DNA of 63,400 nucleotides, the filler included, from Conidiobolus incongruus B7586 (lineage: Eukaryota), in NCBI GenBank assembly GCA_000697335.1. It is 9 parts of 9 records of this genome, joined end to end, with 100 filler letters (N's around TTAATTAATTAA, not from the genome) between each part and the next. Parts side by side here need not be neighbours in the genome. Positions count along the whole stretch, not along the records: positions 1 to 14,772 come from JNEM01006226.1; 8 more parts are not named here. One strand, given 5' to 3'. Made by a program: the position numbers and the translations under genes. Positions 1 to 14,118 of the stretch are shown one piece after another. A model generated the notes under the pieces. It had not been told where the DNA came from. It made no database searches and saw only the letters and a list, made by a program, of their open reading frames with translations. Position 1 is the stretch's first letter. Every line of letters begins with the position of its first letter.

Positions 1-3000
1 GATAAAATTAAATAATTAAATAAATAAATTTAATTTTATATAATATAAAAAAATTAATATAAAGTTACTGGGAGAAATTATATATATCAATATTTAATAA
101 TTCTAACTTATTTAAAAAGATACTTTATATTATTATAAGAATAAATAAATAACAACAAGTTAAAAAATTAAATTCAGTTTATAATTAAAGAAATATTTGT
201 TTAATTAAAATAATATAATTGCTTATAAATTTGAGGTATTTTTTAAAGATATAGTTTGAAAATAAATTATTATATAGATATTTATTTATATAATAATATA
301 TTAAATATTTTGTTTTTAGACTCATTAGAATTTGATTGAAATACTAAGATTAATTTAACTTCAGAGATAAATTTTATATTCTCAAAATTTCTCTGAAGAA
401 GTTTAAACCTTGAGCTATTTATATTGAAATTTGTATCAATAAATCAATTTAGCATTAGTTTGCCAAAATTATAATATTTTGCTTAACTTTTATATAAAAG
501 AATGAGAGATTTGATTTTCACGTTTTAAGTATTATAAAAAATAATAACAAAAGCTCTACAATGTTTGATATTATATATACAATTATAATATAGTAATTAT
601 TAATTACAGCCAAATTCAATTCAAAGTTCATATATAGATTAAATATTATCCATAAATAATTTCATCATTAAGGTAATAATCATTGATAATTAACTTCTTT
701 TGAAAATGCTTATTGAAAATAGAAATTTACAATCATTACATATATTCAAAATAGTTATATTCAACACATCAATTTATTGCAAGTTTAACAAAAATATTAA
801 TTGCCGATCTACATATTAAGCTAAAATTCAATTTTTTATTACTATTATTGCATTATTTTCTCAAAATGAGTTACGATATGAAATCAGTTGAACTGAATTT
901 TCACAAATAATTGAATATTAATTAATTGAAGATTGGTTATTTTCAGATTTGATTTTGATGGATAATTCTTAAGTGTTGATGTTTTTATATTGACTACATT
1001 AATTATTCTTAATTTTAAATAAGGTTATCATATTCGTTCTCATTCAACCTTTAATAATAATTAATAATTAAAAATAAAATCTATAATATCCATTTATATT
1101 AAAACTAATTAAATCATAAAATGATATTAAAAGAGAACACCAAGAGTAATAATAATTTTTTGGTATCCGTCATTTAAAAGATAGTGTCATCTTAATCTTT
1201 ACTTAATCCAATATTAAATTGGGAATACATATAAACTATAAGGTCAATATACACACAAAGATTATGTTCCATTAATTGTAACACTTCAACAATCAACATA
1301 ATGGACATTCTGTCACCAAGTGCTGACCAATTTAAATTTACTAAGTAATATTCTGAATAGAATTTAGGTAGAAAAATAAAGTATTTTATATATCCTAGTT
1401 GAATTCACTAACTAGTAGTTAAATGAAAATTAAAAAATATTTAATAATAAATTGTTATATTTTAAATATCATCAATATGATTAACTGAAAAAGTATGATT
1501 ACATTCAAACATCAAACAATTAAAAGTTTTCAGTTAATTCGAAGTTCAATTTTCGAAAACAATTATATAATAAAAGGATAATGGTATCATATAAGGTAGT
1601 GATATCCAATTAAATCTAGCTATTTAATAAATTATCCAATTCTTTCCAATTTATTTTTATCTAGTTTAAATATAAAAAGCATAATGCATGGTGAGTTATA
1701 ATCAACTTTGATACCTATATTGAAATTATTATAAGCAGCATAAATTGTTTATTTTTTTTAATATTTGAAAATGATATTAATATGTTTAATCATAGTAAAA
1801 AATTTTTTAATATAGAATATATTATTTTTAAAAATATTAGATTTATTAATTTCATAAACATTTGAGTAATCCTTAATCTCAAAATATATAGATAATAATT
1901 AATATTATAAAAAATATACAATGGTTATAATATATTTGCAATGATTGTAAGACTAGTAAAATTGAAAATAGTGTACGCTAATAAAGATACAATAGAAAAA
2001 TAGGACAATATTTACTTCGCAGTTCAATTAAACTCTGAATAAGACTGGAAGAAATTAGGATATCGCAAATTATAGGCTATTATCAAATTTCATTAAATAA
2101 ATTTTCATCCCACCTGTTTGAAGATTATCGAATTAGGCAAGTTCCTGATGGTGACATTGATGTTATGTTAGCTTATATTAATCTTATTAGAAATATTTAA
2201 CAGTCCAAATAGAAAATCATAGAAAAAATTTAATTAATATGTGTACATAACAACCAAAATAACGATAAATCTAGAAAATAAAATATGTCGATATTTAATC
2301 AATAAATGAATAATTAACCTTTTGTATAAATATGATTATTATAGTATTGGATTATCAATAAACATATCATTAGTTTAGGTTTAACTGAAATTACTGTTGA
2401 AAATCTGTCTTTATGAAATTTGAGCTTTTTGTTTGAATCATGTAAATTCAGTTGTTCAAATGAAACATAATTGTAAGTAAAACGAATTCTATTAGTATTA
2501 AACAGCTCAACATTCATACATTAATTTAAAAATAGCACGAGAATAATGGATGAATATTGATATCAATTGAATGTGTAAATAATATAATTCACCAAAATTT
2601 TGAATATCTCCTTTCCCAATTCAGCGAATTCCTTGAGTCATTCTCATTGTATTAACTTTTTAGTTTATAGCAATGTAATTTATTAAGGAATGTCCATAAT
2701 CTTAGTCCGATAGATGTATTAAATTTAAAAAATGTAATTTTAGAGATTCAGATCTAGGCTTGTAAAAATAAAAATTTAATATATCAGTTATAGATTAACA
2801 AATCACAACTCATTAATTGATATAAGAAATGAATAAGCACGCAATTTTATGCTAAATTAACGAAATGTGATAGAGAAATCCAATTTGGGGAGTGATTAAA
2901 TAATTGAAATTCTATCAGAAAGAAAATGTGATCTTGATTTATAATATTCTGAGATGCTGACGTGAGATTTGCTAAGACCCTTTTGGGTTTACATATATAA

Positions 3001-3136
3001 TGCCAGTTTCTGTATTGACTATTTATTTATTCAATTTTGTTAAGCTATTCTCTAGTTGATTGGAATAGTATATACTCACCTTATTTATTCATATCTATAT
3101 CTTTTCTATTTAATATTATTGATTCAATCCAATACT

Positions 3137-5386
3137 ATGGCTGTAAGCTCGCCTAAAGTGGATCATTCACCATATCATAACAATGAGGATTACATTAACC
3201 CTTTAAAGCCCTCTCAACTTAAACAAACCGTTAGATCACTTACAACTACCATTCGCAACGAGGCTCCTGAATATTTCTCAAGCTTCCTTCCTTCTCTCAA
3301 ATGGTTTCCAAAGTACAATCGCAGATGGCTCATTGGTGATGCAATTGCTGGTTTGACAGTCGGTGCTATGGTTGTGCCACAGTCTTTGGCCTATGCCAAG
3401 TTGGCTGGATTGCCAGTAGAGTACGGCTTATACACTGGTTTCGTTGGTGTCATGCTTTATGCTGCCTTTGGTACAAGTAGAGAAATTTCCGTTGGGCCTA
3501 CTGCTGTGCTTAGTTTGATGGTTGGTACAGTTGTGCATGATGTTACCAAACGCTCTGATTTCACCAACGAACAAGTTGCTCTTGCTCTCACCTTCATGTC
3601 TTCTTTAATAACACTTTTTTTGGGTATTTTCAGATTAGGTATTGTTATGGATTTGATTCCAAATCCTGTTATTATTGGCTTTACAACGGGTTCTGCCTTT
3701 ACTATTTTGCTAACACAGGTTGCTACACTGCTTGGTATTCCAAATGTTTCTTCTAATGATGCCACCCATATTATTATCCGTAATATTTTCGTAAACATCC
3801 CAAAGTTGAACTGGATAGATTTGGTGTTTGGGCTGGCTGCCCTTATTTTCCTGTTGTTGATTGCCTTTGTTTCCAAGAGACTTTCGAGAAGATTTGCCTG
3901 GGCTCATTTGCTCCAGATTTCTTCCAATGCCATCACTGTAATCCTTTTCACTTTAATTGCCTATCTTATTTTCTTAGGCAATCCTAAATTTGCTCTCAAA
4001 ATTGTTAAAACTGTACCTCAAGGATTTAAACTAGCTTCTCCTCCTACTGATATCAATCTCTGGAATGCTATTGGTGTCCAATTATTACCAACCACTGTTG
4101 TATGTATTTTAGAGCACGTCGCTTTGTGTAAGGCTTTCGCTCGTCAAAGTGGCTATCAGATCAATTCCTCCCAAGAAATATTCGCTCTCGGAGCCACTAA
4201 CTTAGTCGCTACTTTCTTCTCTGCATATCCCGCTACTGGATCCTTCTCCAGATCAGCCGTCAAAGCTAAATCAGGTGTACGTACTCCATTTGCTGGTATG
4301 TGGACTGGTGCTTTAGTTTTAATGGCTCTTGGATTTTTAACTCCCGCCTTCTATTATATTCCCAACCCAGTACTCTCTGCTATTATTATTACTTCCGCCT
4401 CCAGCCTGATCACAGATAAGGAGACTTTGATTAATCTTTACAAAGTTCAGCCCATTGACTTTTTGGTTTGTATTGTTGGTATCCTAGTCACTTTTTTTGC
4501 TGGTTCAGAAGCCGGCATTGCAGCTGCAGTTGCACTCAGCTTCTTGAATTTGATCTTGAAATTGGCTCGTCCTCAGCTATATACTTTAAAGAGCTTGGTT
4601 GACAGACCTGATGTTTATGTTGACATTATTCATACTGATCATAAGACTGAAACAGCTGTTCCCGGTGTGATTATTATTAAGCCTCAAGAATCACTTATTT
4701 TCCCCAACGTCGATTATTTTAGAGATGCTGTCATTGATAAAGTTTTAATCGAAACTCGATCTGGGGCTATTCCACTTCCAGTTCATGACAAACTATGGTC
4801 AGATGACTTGGAAGCCAGAGGTGAAAAATTGAGAGCAAAAAGAGCTAAACTGGAAGGAAGGCCTCCTGTCGATTCCTCTTCACTTCCATTTCTTAAAGCT
4901 GTAGTCTTCGACTTCAGCGCTGTAAATCAAATTGATTCTTCAGGTCTCCAAGGTCTCTTTGACTTGAGAGATATGCTCTCTAAGTATGCTGGCGTTGATA
5001 AAAACTCACCCAATGCCATCAAACTCGATTCAGCTAAAGTTGAGTTTAGGAAAGAAGAAGAACCCAAGAATGAGGCTGATAAGATTACAGAAGACTTTGA
5101 GCACTGCATTGAATCACCAAGTTCATCAATTACCTATGAAGAAACCTCGCAATTTGAATTTCATTTCGTTACTCTTCATAGGGATGTTCAGCGCGTACTT
5201 GAATTGTCCAAGATCACATACCCCATTGCTCCTATTTTGCCAGTTAACTTTGAATACCCCGAAAATACTCCTCTTGTCAGCCAAGGGCCCAGTAAATTCG
5301 TGCATCTCACAGTTCAAGATGCAGTGGACCAAATTAAACTGGATTTGGATATTTTCCAAAGGGCAGCTACTCCTACCAGACCCTAA
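3137..5386 (+). CDS. SulP/SLC26 sulfate (anion) transporter with C-terminal STAS domain; single exon, 749 aa
   Basis: Motifs GDAIAGLTVGAMVVPQSLAYAKLAGLP..YGLY, ATGSFSRSAV and STAS FDFSAVNQIDSSGLQGL. The ORF track starts at TTG 3056; the first in-frame ATG is 3137. Confidence 0.95.
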   Translation: MAVSSPKVDHSPYHNNEDYINPLKPSQLKQTVRSLTTTIRNEAPEYFSSFLPSLKWFPKYNRRWLIGDAIAGLTVGAMVVPQSLAYAKLAGLPVEYGLYTGFVGVMLYAAFGTSREISVGPTAVLSLMVGTVVHDVTKRSDFTNEQVALALTFMSSLITLFLGIFRLGIVMDLIPNPVIIGFTTGSAFTILLTQVATLLGIPNVSSNDATHIIIRNIFVNIPKLNWIDLVFGLAALIFLLLIAFVSKRLSRRFAWAHLLQISSNAITVILFTLIAYLIFLGNPKFALKIVKTVPQGFKLASPPTDINLWNAIGVQLLPTTVVCILEHVALCKAFARQSGYQINSSQEIFALGATNLVATFFSAYPATGSFSRSAVKAKSGVRTPFAGMWTGALVLMALGFLTPAFYYIPNPVLSAIIITSASSLITDKETLINLYKVQPIDFLVCIVGILVTFFAGSEAGIAAAVALSFLNLILKLARPQLYTLKSLVDRPDVYVDIIHTDHKTETAVPGVIIIKPQESLIFPNVDYFRDAVIDKVLIETRSGAIPLPVHDKLWSDDLEARGEKLRAKRAKLEGRPPVDSSSLPFLKAVVFDFSAVNQIDSSGLQGLFDLRDMLSKYAGVDKNSPNAIKLDSAKVEFRKEEEPKNEADKITEDFEHCIESPSSSITYEETSQFEFHFVTLHRDVQRVLELSKITYPIAPILPVNFEYPENTPLVSQGPSKFVHLTVQDAVDQIKLDLDIFQRAATPTRP

Positions 5387-8103
5387 ATTATCTAATAACT
5401 CTTTTTAATTGTATTATTTTTTACTCTTGTACATCAATAAATTATTTAATTGAATCATTTATTAAAATTCACTATTTTTGAATTTCATCTATTCAATATA
5501 TATTCAATACTATTTGTTTACTATTCATATGATGAATGTTATAATTTAAAATTTATTATTTCGATTTATCGAATTGAATTTAAATTGGTTGAATAATTAA
5601 TTTCATTATATAATGATTTAATATGAAATACTTACATATTAGTACTCTATTCATTCATGACTAGAATTTATGGTTTTCGTATTTACTAAAAATTATTAAA
5701 TATACAATATGGGATCTATACTATTAAGATTACTTATTATGTTGGTATCGAATAAATATAACCGATCTATTTGAAATATTTGTTATAATGCATATTATAT
5801 TATAGTAATTTTGTTCGAATCATGCTGAAATCATAATTAATTTTATTAACCTCTTAGTTATTGTCTAATGTAGCCTATTATATATTTAATTAAACCAAGC
5901 GAATCCAAATAAAAACCACATTGATTTTTATAGTTCACTCTGTCTATCGATTTGAAATAATCAATTATACTTGAACTTTTGATATTACATATTTATGTTC
6001 ATTTTACCTTAAATCATTAAGTATACTGGAATTTCATAAAATTTAGAATTATTTAATATTTATATAAAACAATAACTAAACAATTAGAATCAATTATGAT
6101 ATCATCAATGATTTTTGGCAACCATGGCCAAATAAATATATCGTACATATCAATTGTCACAAAATTGTTGCATATTCATATTGCACCATTTAAATATTAT
6201 GAAACAATTTAAGTATTCTTTTCAATTCTACTGAAAAAAAATTACTGAAGTATTTTTCTATCATGATAAGAGATACATAGGAGTATTTATCGCATACACT
6301 ATTTAGTACAATTTAATTTATGCAAGTTTTGGATTTGAATAGGAATATCATAGAATCAAGTTCAAATAATATTATGTGCTATTAGTTATTCTTTTAATTA
6401 AAATTAATTAAATCGTCTAATCTGATTCTATATAATAATTAATAAAATTATAATATTCATCATTCCATTAATTTATGGGAATTACTAATATTTTCTAATA
6501 TAAAATTATATATTATCTAACATTCTAAAAATCTTGTAATAGTTGTAAAAATACCTTAGTTATTTACTGACATCCTTAAAATATATATGATTATATCAAA
6601 AAACTTCATAAAATTTAGTTATATAATCATACTCTTAATGTTTTTCACCTTTAGCTTTTGCCAAAATACATTTTTTAATAGTTTCATTGAATTAGTAAAT
6701 ATATCTGTTATGATAAATGAAAATACATTGTCCAAATTATCCAATAATATTTTGTAATTCAATGCTATTATATTTATTGACATTTGCATTATTAATTAAT
6801 CTGACTAAAAATACAATTCCACATCAATATACATATATTTTGGATATTCATCATAAAAAATAATCCTAAAATATCAATCCTATTTTATATTGAACAATTC
6901 AACAATTATATTTAAGTAATTGTGAAAAACATTTATTGTGATAATTGGATTGAATATTTTGATTTGGAATAATTTGGTCATAATATGAATAACAGGACAT
7001 CCAAATAGAGTTTAAATTTGATATTGAATTAATATTCAGTTTCATAACTTTATTAACTAAAGTATATAGGAATTAATATTACAAAGTTTAAAATTTGATT
7101 ATATAAGTTTAAAGAGAAGCAAAACTATTAAATAGTTTAATAAACATACTCACCAAGTTGATTTAAATAATAAATAATATTCATTCATTAAATTAAATTT
7201 TAGCATTAGAGACTTAAACAGATAATAAAAAATTATCCATTTTTATAACTAATATAAATTCATTAATTTTATTGATCAAATTAACATTGGCTCAATATAA
7301 TTAACTAAATAATCTCAATCATTAAAAATTTTGGATTAAACAATAAATATTGATTTAAATATTGTATAAATTGCTTAATTTAGCCTTTATACACTATTCA
7401 AAAACATATTATAATATAGAAAATTTTGAAAATACAAAAGATCAAAGTTTAAATATAATCTATTGAATTTAGGAAATAGAGCATATATCTTACATAATTC
7501 TTAGTAATAAAAGAAAATACATAGTTTTATATTAAATTAATAAAAGAATATAAATTTATTTTTTTAATATTACATCATTTAATCAATATTATTATTACAT
7601 TATGTGAAATTTGAAATATTTAACAATAGAGTAAATCTTCTATTCTAAAAAGAATTATGTTATATTTCAAAATTAACTACCCTTCTAAATATGATAGTTA
7701 AACAAATATTATTTCTATTTTGAGTTGTCTTTGTCAATCTATAATTAAAGGATATTCTTTGTTAGATATATCATTCACTGAATCAACTATTTAAATAAGT
7801 ATATGAATAAATAATTTACTAAATCATATTACGAGTACTTTTCTAACAACAATTTTTAATCATAAAACTTATTATAAAATAGAACAGTTATATATAAAAT
7901 AATTAAATGATCTAAATTCATCAAAATAAAATTGATATTTAAATTTTATAATCATAGTAGTTTATTATTAACTAATAATCAAGTTTGATGAAAAGTGATC
8001 ATAAATATAATTGAACGTAGTGAAAAAAAATATTATTTGTTTAAAATAAAAAAATATTCATTATAAAAAATATTTAATGAAAAAGTGAACTAAATCTTAA
8101 TAT

Positions 8104-10419
8104 TTACTTTGATTCATCTCTTCCTAATTGTAATAAAGCAAGTTTCTCAGCAGTCAGCTGTAATTTGTATTTGGTCTTGGCAATAGACTCATTTTGGGCA
8201 TATAGCTGTCTCTCTAACTGATATCTACTATTGTTGATTGATTCCATTCTACTGATGAATTCATTGGAGACTGTAATGGCCTTGGGTTGGGACTGAACCA
8301 GTTGTAATCTAGCCTTAAAGTCATCAATCTTGTTTTGAATAGCAATTTTATCTGCATTAAAAGTGGCCAAAAGGTGGTCAAATTGCTGAAGAGGAGATTT
8401 GGATTCTAAAAGAATTAGCTCTTCGTTCTTTTTAATGCATGCAGCCATTTTTAATCGAAGCGACTGTTCCATTTGTTTAGCTTTCTGGAGTTTGGCATTG
8501 AGTTCATTGCTGTAATCAGCTTGGATCATTGATTCAATGATATTTGATTTCACGAATTCTAGCAGTTTTAATTGACGGCGATATTCTAGATCAATTAATT
8601 CCCAGCGATAGGTTGTATTGAATTGATCCTGCTGAAGCTCAATCAAACGTTTAAGGAGGATGTCGTAATGGGCTTGGAAGCTTGCCATTAAGGATTCATT
8701 GGTCTGAGAGGTTTGCAAATTAGGACATGCAGGGAGAGCTTGACTGAAAATTTCAGATGGAGCAAAAGGCTCATTGGGCAGATGTGATGATTTTAAGTAC
8801 GATCTGATGTCACGAACAGAGCTCTTAATATTAGATTTGTTAGAGCATAAATTTAAAGTAGATTTAGGAGTAAATTCATATGTAATAAGTTCGTCTTCGT
8901 TGAGTAAAAAAAGTTTGTCGTGAGTGGCTAAAATATGCGCCAATGGATGGATGCTTGATTGAGAAGGATTGTTCAAAATAAATAGCCCATGAGTTCCATT
9001 AGTAATGTTTGCAATAAAGTCGGTGGTCAAAGCAGTTTTTGCATCTGAAGATTCTCCCTTTAAACAGGTTTGTAACGTGCAAAACCATGATGCAACATTC
9101 CAGTGGTAGATAGCAGTTTGATGCTTCAACACCAATCCATCTTCTACATGTATAGTGGTTAATGGCTGATCTTTATCAGGTTGCGCTGGATCTTGTAAAT
9201 TAAATCCTTCAAGTCCACATAGTTGCCACTGCTCCTTATCATTTGAAGAATCTTGTTCAATCCATTGAGGGGAGATGCTTTTGAGAGGTAAGAATGCTTC
9301 GATGCGAGCATTGGTGTAAGTAATAGCAATAATATCAACGGTAGGACCCTGGATCCAGTGAATACTTTGAGGCAAATTGAGCCTGTCACTGACTAAAGGA
9401 GGACTAAACTTAATTGGTCCTTGTAATTTTGGTGCAATTGTATAAATGGGATGATGTAAGTGAACGCTAACCTCAGTTAAATCGGGGTTTGTTTCAAGAT
9501 CTGTGTTAGATTTCAAGTTATCCTGGCATTGGACGAGAAGCTCTTTAAGCCATGAGTCCATTACTGGGTTGTATTCACCCGATAATTGTAACTCGTAAGC
9601 TAAGGATTCCAAAGCAACACGATTCAATCGAGCCAATTTAGGAAGAAAAGGGCAAATTAAGAAAGGCTTTCCTGATACGGTCAACAATAGTAATGTGTAT
9701 TGTTCCCATCCGTCGCCTTTACCAAAACAAAATCCAACAAATTTAGATTCCAAAACTTTTGTACCAAAGCCAAGATTCACTTTTCTCTGCTTTTTTCCAA
9801 TCAACTTCATGTCATCAGCGATTAGATCATAAGTCAATTCTGGTTTATCGTTATTTAAAGTCAAATTGAACATTCTTAGAATGCCGTCATGGGTTAAAGT
9901 GACTAGATGATCATTATACAAGCTAAGAGGATGCCATTCAACTTGAACAAGTTTGGAATCTTCATGATCAGAGTAATATTCTTCGCCAACTCTGTATGCT
10001 CTGTAATAAATTGGCAATTGTTAGAAAAAATCTAATAAAGGAAAAAATTTGTATGTAATTTACTTGATCAAAGGAACAGGGTCAGGCTTCAATATGTCTG
10101 AAGGAGTTGGAGCTCTGATCCACCATACCTCATATTTTCCGACTATCGCAATTTTACTTTCATCATGGTTTACAACAAGTTTATAGACATCGAAATGATT
10201 CATTTTTAAACCAAGTAGCTATAATAATGAATTTAATATTTTAATAGATATATATGCACTCTGATAAGATACCTTGAAATCAATTGTAGCTTCAAATGGA
10301 TTGGAAGGAGTGGAATTTAAACACCATACTTTAAGATGGTTTTTAATATACTGCACCCCAAACTGGTTATACAATACACAAGTAGGATTAGACGTAGGTT
10401 CAAACAAAGGTTTATGCAT
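8104..10419 (-). CDS. NUP82: Nucleoporin Nup82/Nup88 family; exons 10419-10273, 10218-10064, 10000-8104
   Basis: GT-AG introns 10272-10219 and 10063-10001 join into one frame. Beta-propeller-like motifs (LVVNHDESKIAIVG, VQVEWHPLS...HLVTLTHDGILRMFNL, FGKGDGWEQYTL, ICPFLP, LQGP) and a C-terminal coiled coil. Confidence 0.75.
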
Positions 10420-10887
10420 TTCGATTAGTTAAAATAAGTTTCAGTTTAGAATGTAATTTTGAATGATCGCAATGGAATTTATAAAATGTATTAAAAGGGA
10501 AGTTGGTATAATAATTTGATATAAATATTATATATTATCTTTATAAAAAAAGTGTTATTTAATTTTTAGTAAATTTTAATGATTTAACATATTTTCATTT
10601 TCTCTATTTTTAAATAATGAAACTCGATTATATAACCTTAAGTTATTTTTTATTTAATTCTCATTTATGGGATTTTGATTAATTTTACTTAACAAAAATG
10701 ATATCGAATCAAATAGGGAATAATAAAGCCTAAATATCAACTTTACAATTAATTAAACACATTTAATATATTGAATGGAATTTTTGATCATAGAGTTTAA
10801 TTAGGAACTGATATTATTATTTGTATTGAAATGAAAATACTGGAAATAGTTTAAAAAGAATAAAAAAATTATCAAATAACATAATAC

Positions 10888-10960
10888 TGTTGCTACTCAG
10901 GATTGAACCGAGGACCTCGTGCGTGTGAAGCACATGTGTTAAACACTACACTATAGTAAC
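10888..10960 (-). tRNA. tRNA-Val(CAC), possibly degenerate or pseudo
   Basis: Cloverleaf on minus strand: GTTACTA/TAGCAAC acceptor with one A-C mismatch, anticodon arm TGTGC-TTCACAC-GCACG, T arm CTCGG-TTCAATC-CTGAG. D-loop has GT instead of GG. T7 run downstream at 10862-10868. Confidence 0.8.
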
Positions 10961-12097
10961 CATTTTGCTACTAAATACAATACATAACATTCTGTCAAAA
11001 ACTGATAAACAATTTTTGAGTAAATTTGTTCATAAAAATTCCAATTTTTGTATCAAGATTAAAAGAATGTTGCATTTATTTGAAGAATCGATTTATATAA
11101 AATTTGATATTATAAATACAAAACATATCCTCATTATATCGCTAACCAGCAATTATTAAAATATTTAAACATTTGATTATCAATAGATGTTAACTTTACC
11201 ATTTCCATCAATAATATGTAAACTACGGATTTAAAAAATATTAAACTAAGAAAATGAACTTGAAAATTCAAGACAATATCAATAATTGATAGTATTGTTA
11301 TTTTGAAGTTATATCAAAATAAGTTAAAAAATCAAATATAATATTTTTTTCAAAGGTATGATAAATGCTTGATTTAAAATTAACATAATTTAATCACTGG
11401 AATTTTATTTTATATTTGAATATAGAGGATCATAGCCCTTGCACTTAAACCTGAAATAGGCTAGTTCATCATCACCAAACAATATTTGGTTATTGAAATG
11501 ATACTATAGCAAAAGTTTAATCACTTCCTCATTTTGTTGATTATTTGACTTGTCAAAAGTGTTTATATCTTAAATCATTCTTTTCAAATATTATGGGTCA
11601 AGGATTATAATTTTTTGGATTTTATTTCTAAAGTATTAATTAGTGTACCTTATTTTCTTCATATTTTCGAAAAGTTGGATATAATAAATTAAATATTATA
11701 AACATACTTTGATAATCAATTAAATCCAGTGCAATTATTGATCTATGTAATGCCTTAAATTATTGAAATATTATTTTTTGAGTAAAGATCGAATCTAAAA
11801 ATTGAAATTAATAATTGAAATAATATCATTTAATGTGAATAATATGATATTTTAAAGATATACCTGCCTAATATATAAATGTTTGTAAATATGAATATCC
11901 AAATATTGTCTATCAAAAATAATATAATAAATAAATTAGATCTTAAATTAAACATATATGATTTAAAAATGTGTTATTATTGTGGTTATTGGAAATTAAT
12001 GCCTTTAATTTTTTGAAATATCCCATAATAATTCAGTAGAATTCATAGTTTAATTAGATTAATATCTCATACAGTATTATTATCATAAACTCACAAA

Positions 12098-12768
12098 ATG
12101 TCGGATATTACACCAAGCAAAAATCAGTTGGAAAAAATAGACAGTCAGGTTGAACCTAATCCATTCCGTCAGGTTCCGTTAAGATATCTTGGATATACTA
12201 ATGAATTGGGTGAAGCTTTTAGACCTTTGATCCCCAGATGGTTAGTCAACGCTACTTATGGTGTAGCTGCTCTATATACCATTGGCGATGCTGGATACCA
12301 GGTAACAATTATTCAATATATAATGTTATACATTGATCATTTATCTTTCATGTTTAGGGAAACAGAGATAGGACCAAAGCAAAAGATTTGGCTGAAAAAT
12401 TAGGATACTGCTCTGAATTAAGCAAAAATTACCAGAATAAGGTTATGACCAGTGTTGTAGCAGATACATTGATCTGGCAGACACTAGCATCACTACTCGT
12501 CCCTCCTCTCTTGATCCATCAAACAACAAAGCGAACCAATCAATTTTTGCAAAGTAGCTATATTCAAAAAGCCCAGATCAAATCTCCCAAGTTGCCTTGG
12601 CAGATGATCAAATTATGGTCTCCTACTTTAGCTGGTTTAGCTGTGATTCCTTTGATTGTTCATCCCATTGATGAGGGAGTTACACTTCTTCTCGATTATA
12701 CTACTCGTCCCCTCTTTAGAAAATGGTTTGACGGTCAAAAGCAGTTTCCTGCTCCCCAATTTCAATAG
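12098..12768 (+). CDS. MTFP1: Mitochondrial fission process protein 1 (MTP18 family); exons 12098-12301, 12358-12768
   Basis: LRYLGYTNELGEAFRPLIP, VADTLIWQTLAS, PLIVHPID motifs. A 56-nt GT-AG intron fuses the two ORF-track pieces in frame. Confidence 0.9.
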
Positions 12769-13183
12769 TTTAAACGATGTAAAAGTTAGAATATTATAAT
12801 ATATTTACTTAAATTAGAATTCCTAATGCTTTTAATTTTAATAAATTATAAGTATCATTTTGATCATATATTTAAATTAACATAATTTCTATTTATACAT
12901 TGATTTTTATGATCATATCATTAAATAGCTACAAACTGGAAATGATAAAAAATATATTTGAGCTCAATATTGATTGAATTATGATGTTTTGTTTAAAACA
13001 AGACAACTATACCAATAATATATTCCACTCAACTCAGTGTTACCCAAATAATGACTCAATTCTTTTTTAATTTGAATCCCATAAACTGAATTTCATAAAT
13101 TTATCATTCCTTGTTATAAATTTAAAATTTGATGTATTAAAAATTAAAATAATTGATATAATACTTATTAAATATATTAAAAT

Positions 13184-13732
13184 ATGAGGATTGAAAAGTG
13201 TTATTTTTGCTCTTCTAATGTTTATCCTGGTCATGGCGTGATGTTTGTTAGAAATGATAGTAAATGCTTCAGATTTTGTGCTTCTAAATGCCACAGAAAC
13301 TTTAAATTAAAGCGTAATCCAAGAAAGGTTCGCTGGACTAAGGCTTTCCGTAAGAGTGCTGGCAAAGAAATGACTATTGTAAAAATATTTATATAATACT
13401 GCGAATGCATGAACTAATTTTTATTAATTTAGGATCCTACCTTTGAATTTGAGAAACGCCGTAATATTCCAGTTCGCTATGATAGAGATCTCATGTCTAC
13501 CACTATTAAGGCTATGAAGAGAGTTCAAGAAATCAAGAGCAAGAGAGAAAGAGCCTTCTTCAAAAATCGCATGTCTGGAAACAAAGAACTCGACAGACAA
13601 AAGGATATTCGCGATATTCAGCAAAATCTCAACCTTCTGCCTATTTCTCACAAGCAGCTCCAGCAAGAAGTTGTCAAGATTCTCCAATTGGGAGACAAAA
13701 ACGAATCCGAAAGTATGGATACCTCCAACTAA
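13184..13732 (+). CDS. RLP24: Ribosome biogenesis protein RLP24/RSL24D1; exons 13184-13378, 13433-13732
   Basis: [48 protein letters not shown], then [18 protein letters not shown] after a 54-nt intron. Confidence 0.96.
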
Positions 13733-14118
13733 TTCATTTTCAACATTTATCACTGTTTATAAATAGACCATATTTTTAGTATTATAATCACTGTTAGAAC
13801 CTTATTTAAGACTAAAACCAATGATACTCTAGCTTGTCATGAATGGGTAATATTTATTATTATCATTATTATTAACCAGAATAAACCTCATACAATTAAT
13901 AAGAATAACACATTTTCCACTATTATTTCATTATTTATTTAATATTATTATTATTATTATTATCATTATTTCTTATTATTACTTATTAATCTCACTTTAT
14001 TTATATTATGGTATTAAGTATCTTTGCATCTTTTTTTCAAATATAAATATAGGTTTATTTGCTATTTGAAAAATTACTATTAAAGAATAAATTACATTCT
14101 ATTGAGGTTGACTTATAT

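Noticed and set aside
1250..1330. Minus-strand fragments WSALGDR / HYVDC*SVTINGT, vaguely LPMO-like
   Set aside because: Too short, split across frames and interrupted by stops.
3056..3136. TTG-started N-terminal extension of the sulfate transporter
   Set aside because: AT-rich UTR-like sequence; the eukaryotic ATG at 3137 is the natural start.
10219..10272. Possible U12-type intron in Nup82 (donor GTATCTT)
   Set aside because: Does not match GTATCCTT and has no CCTTAAC branch site.
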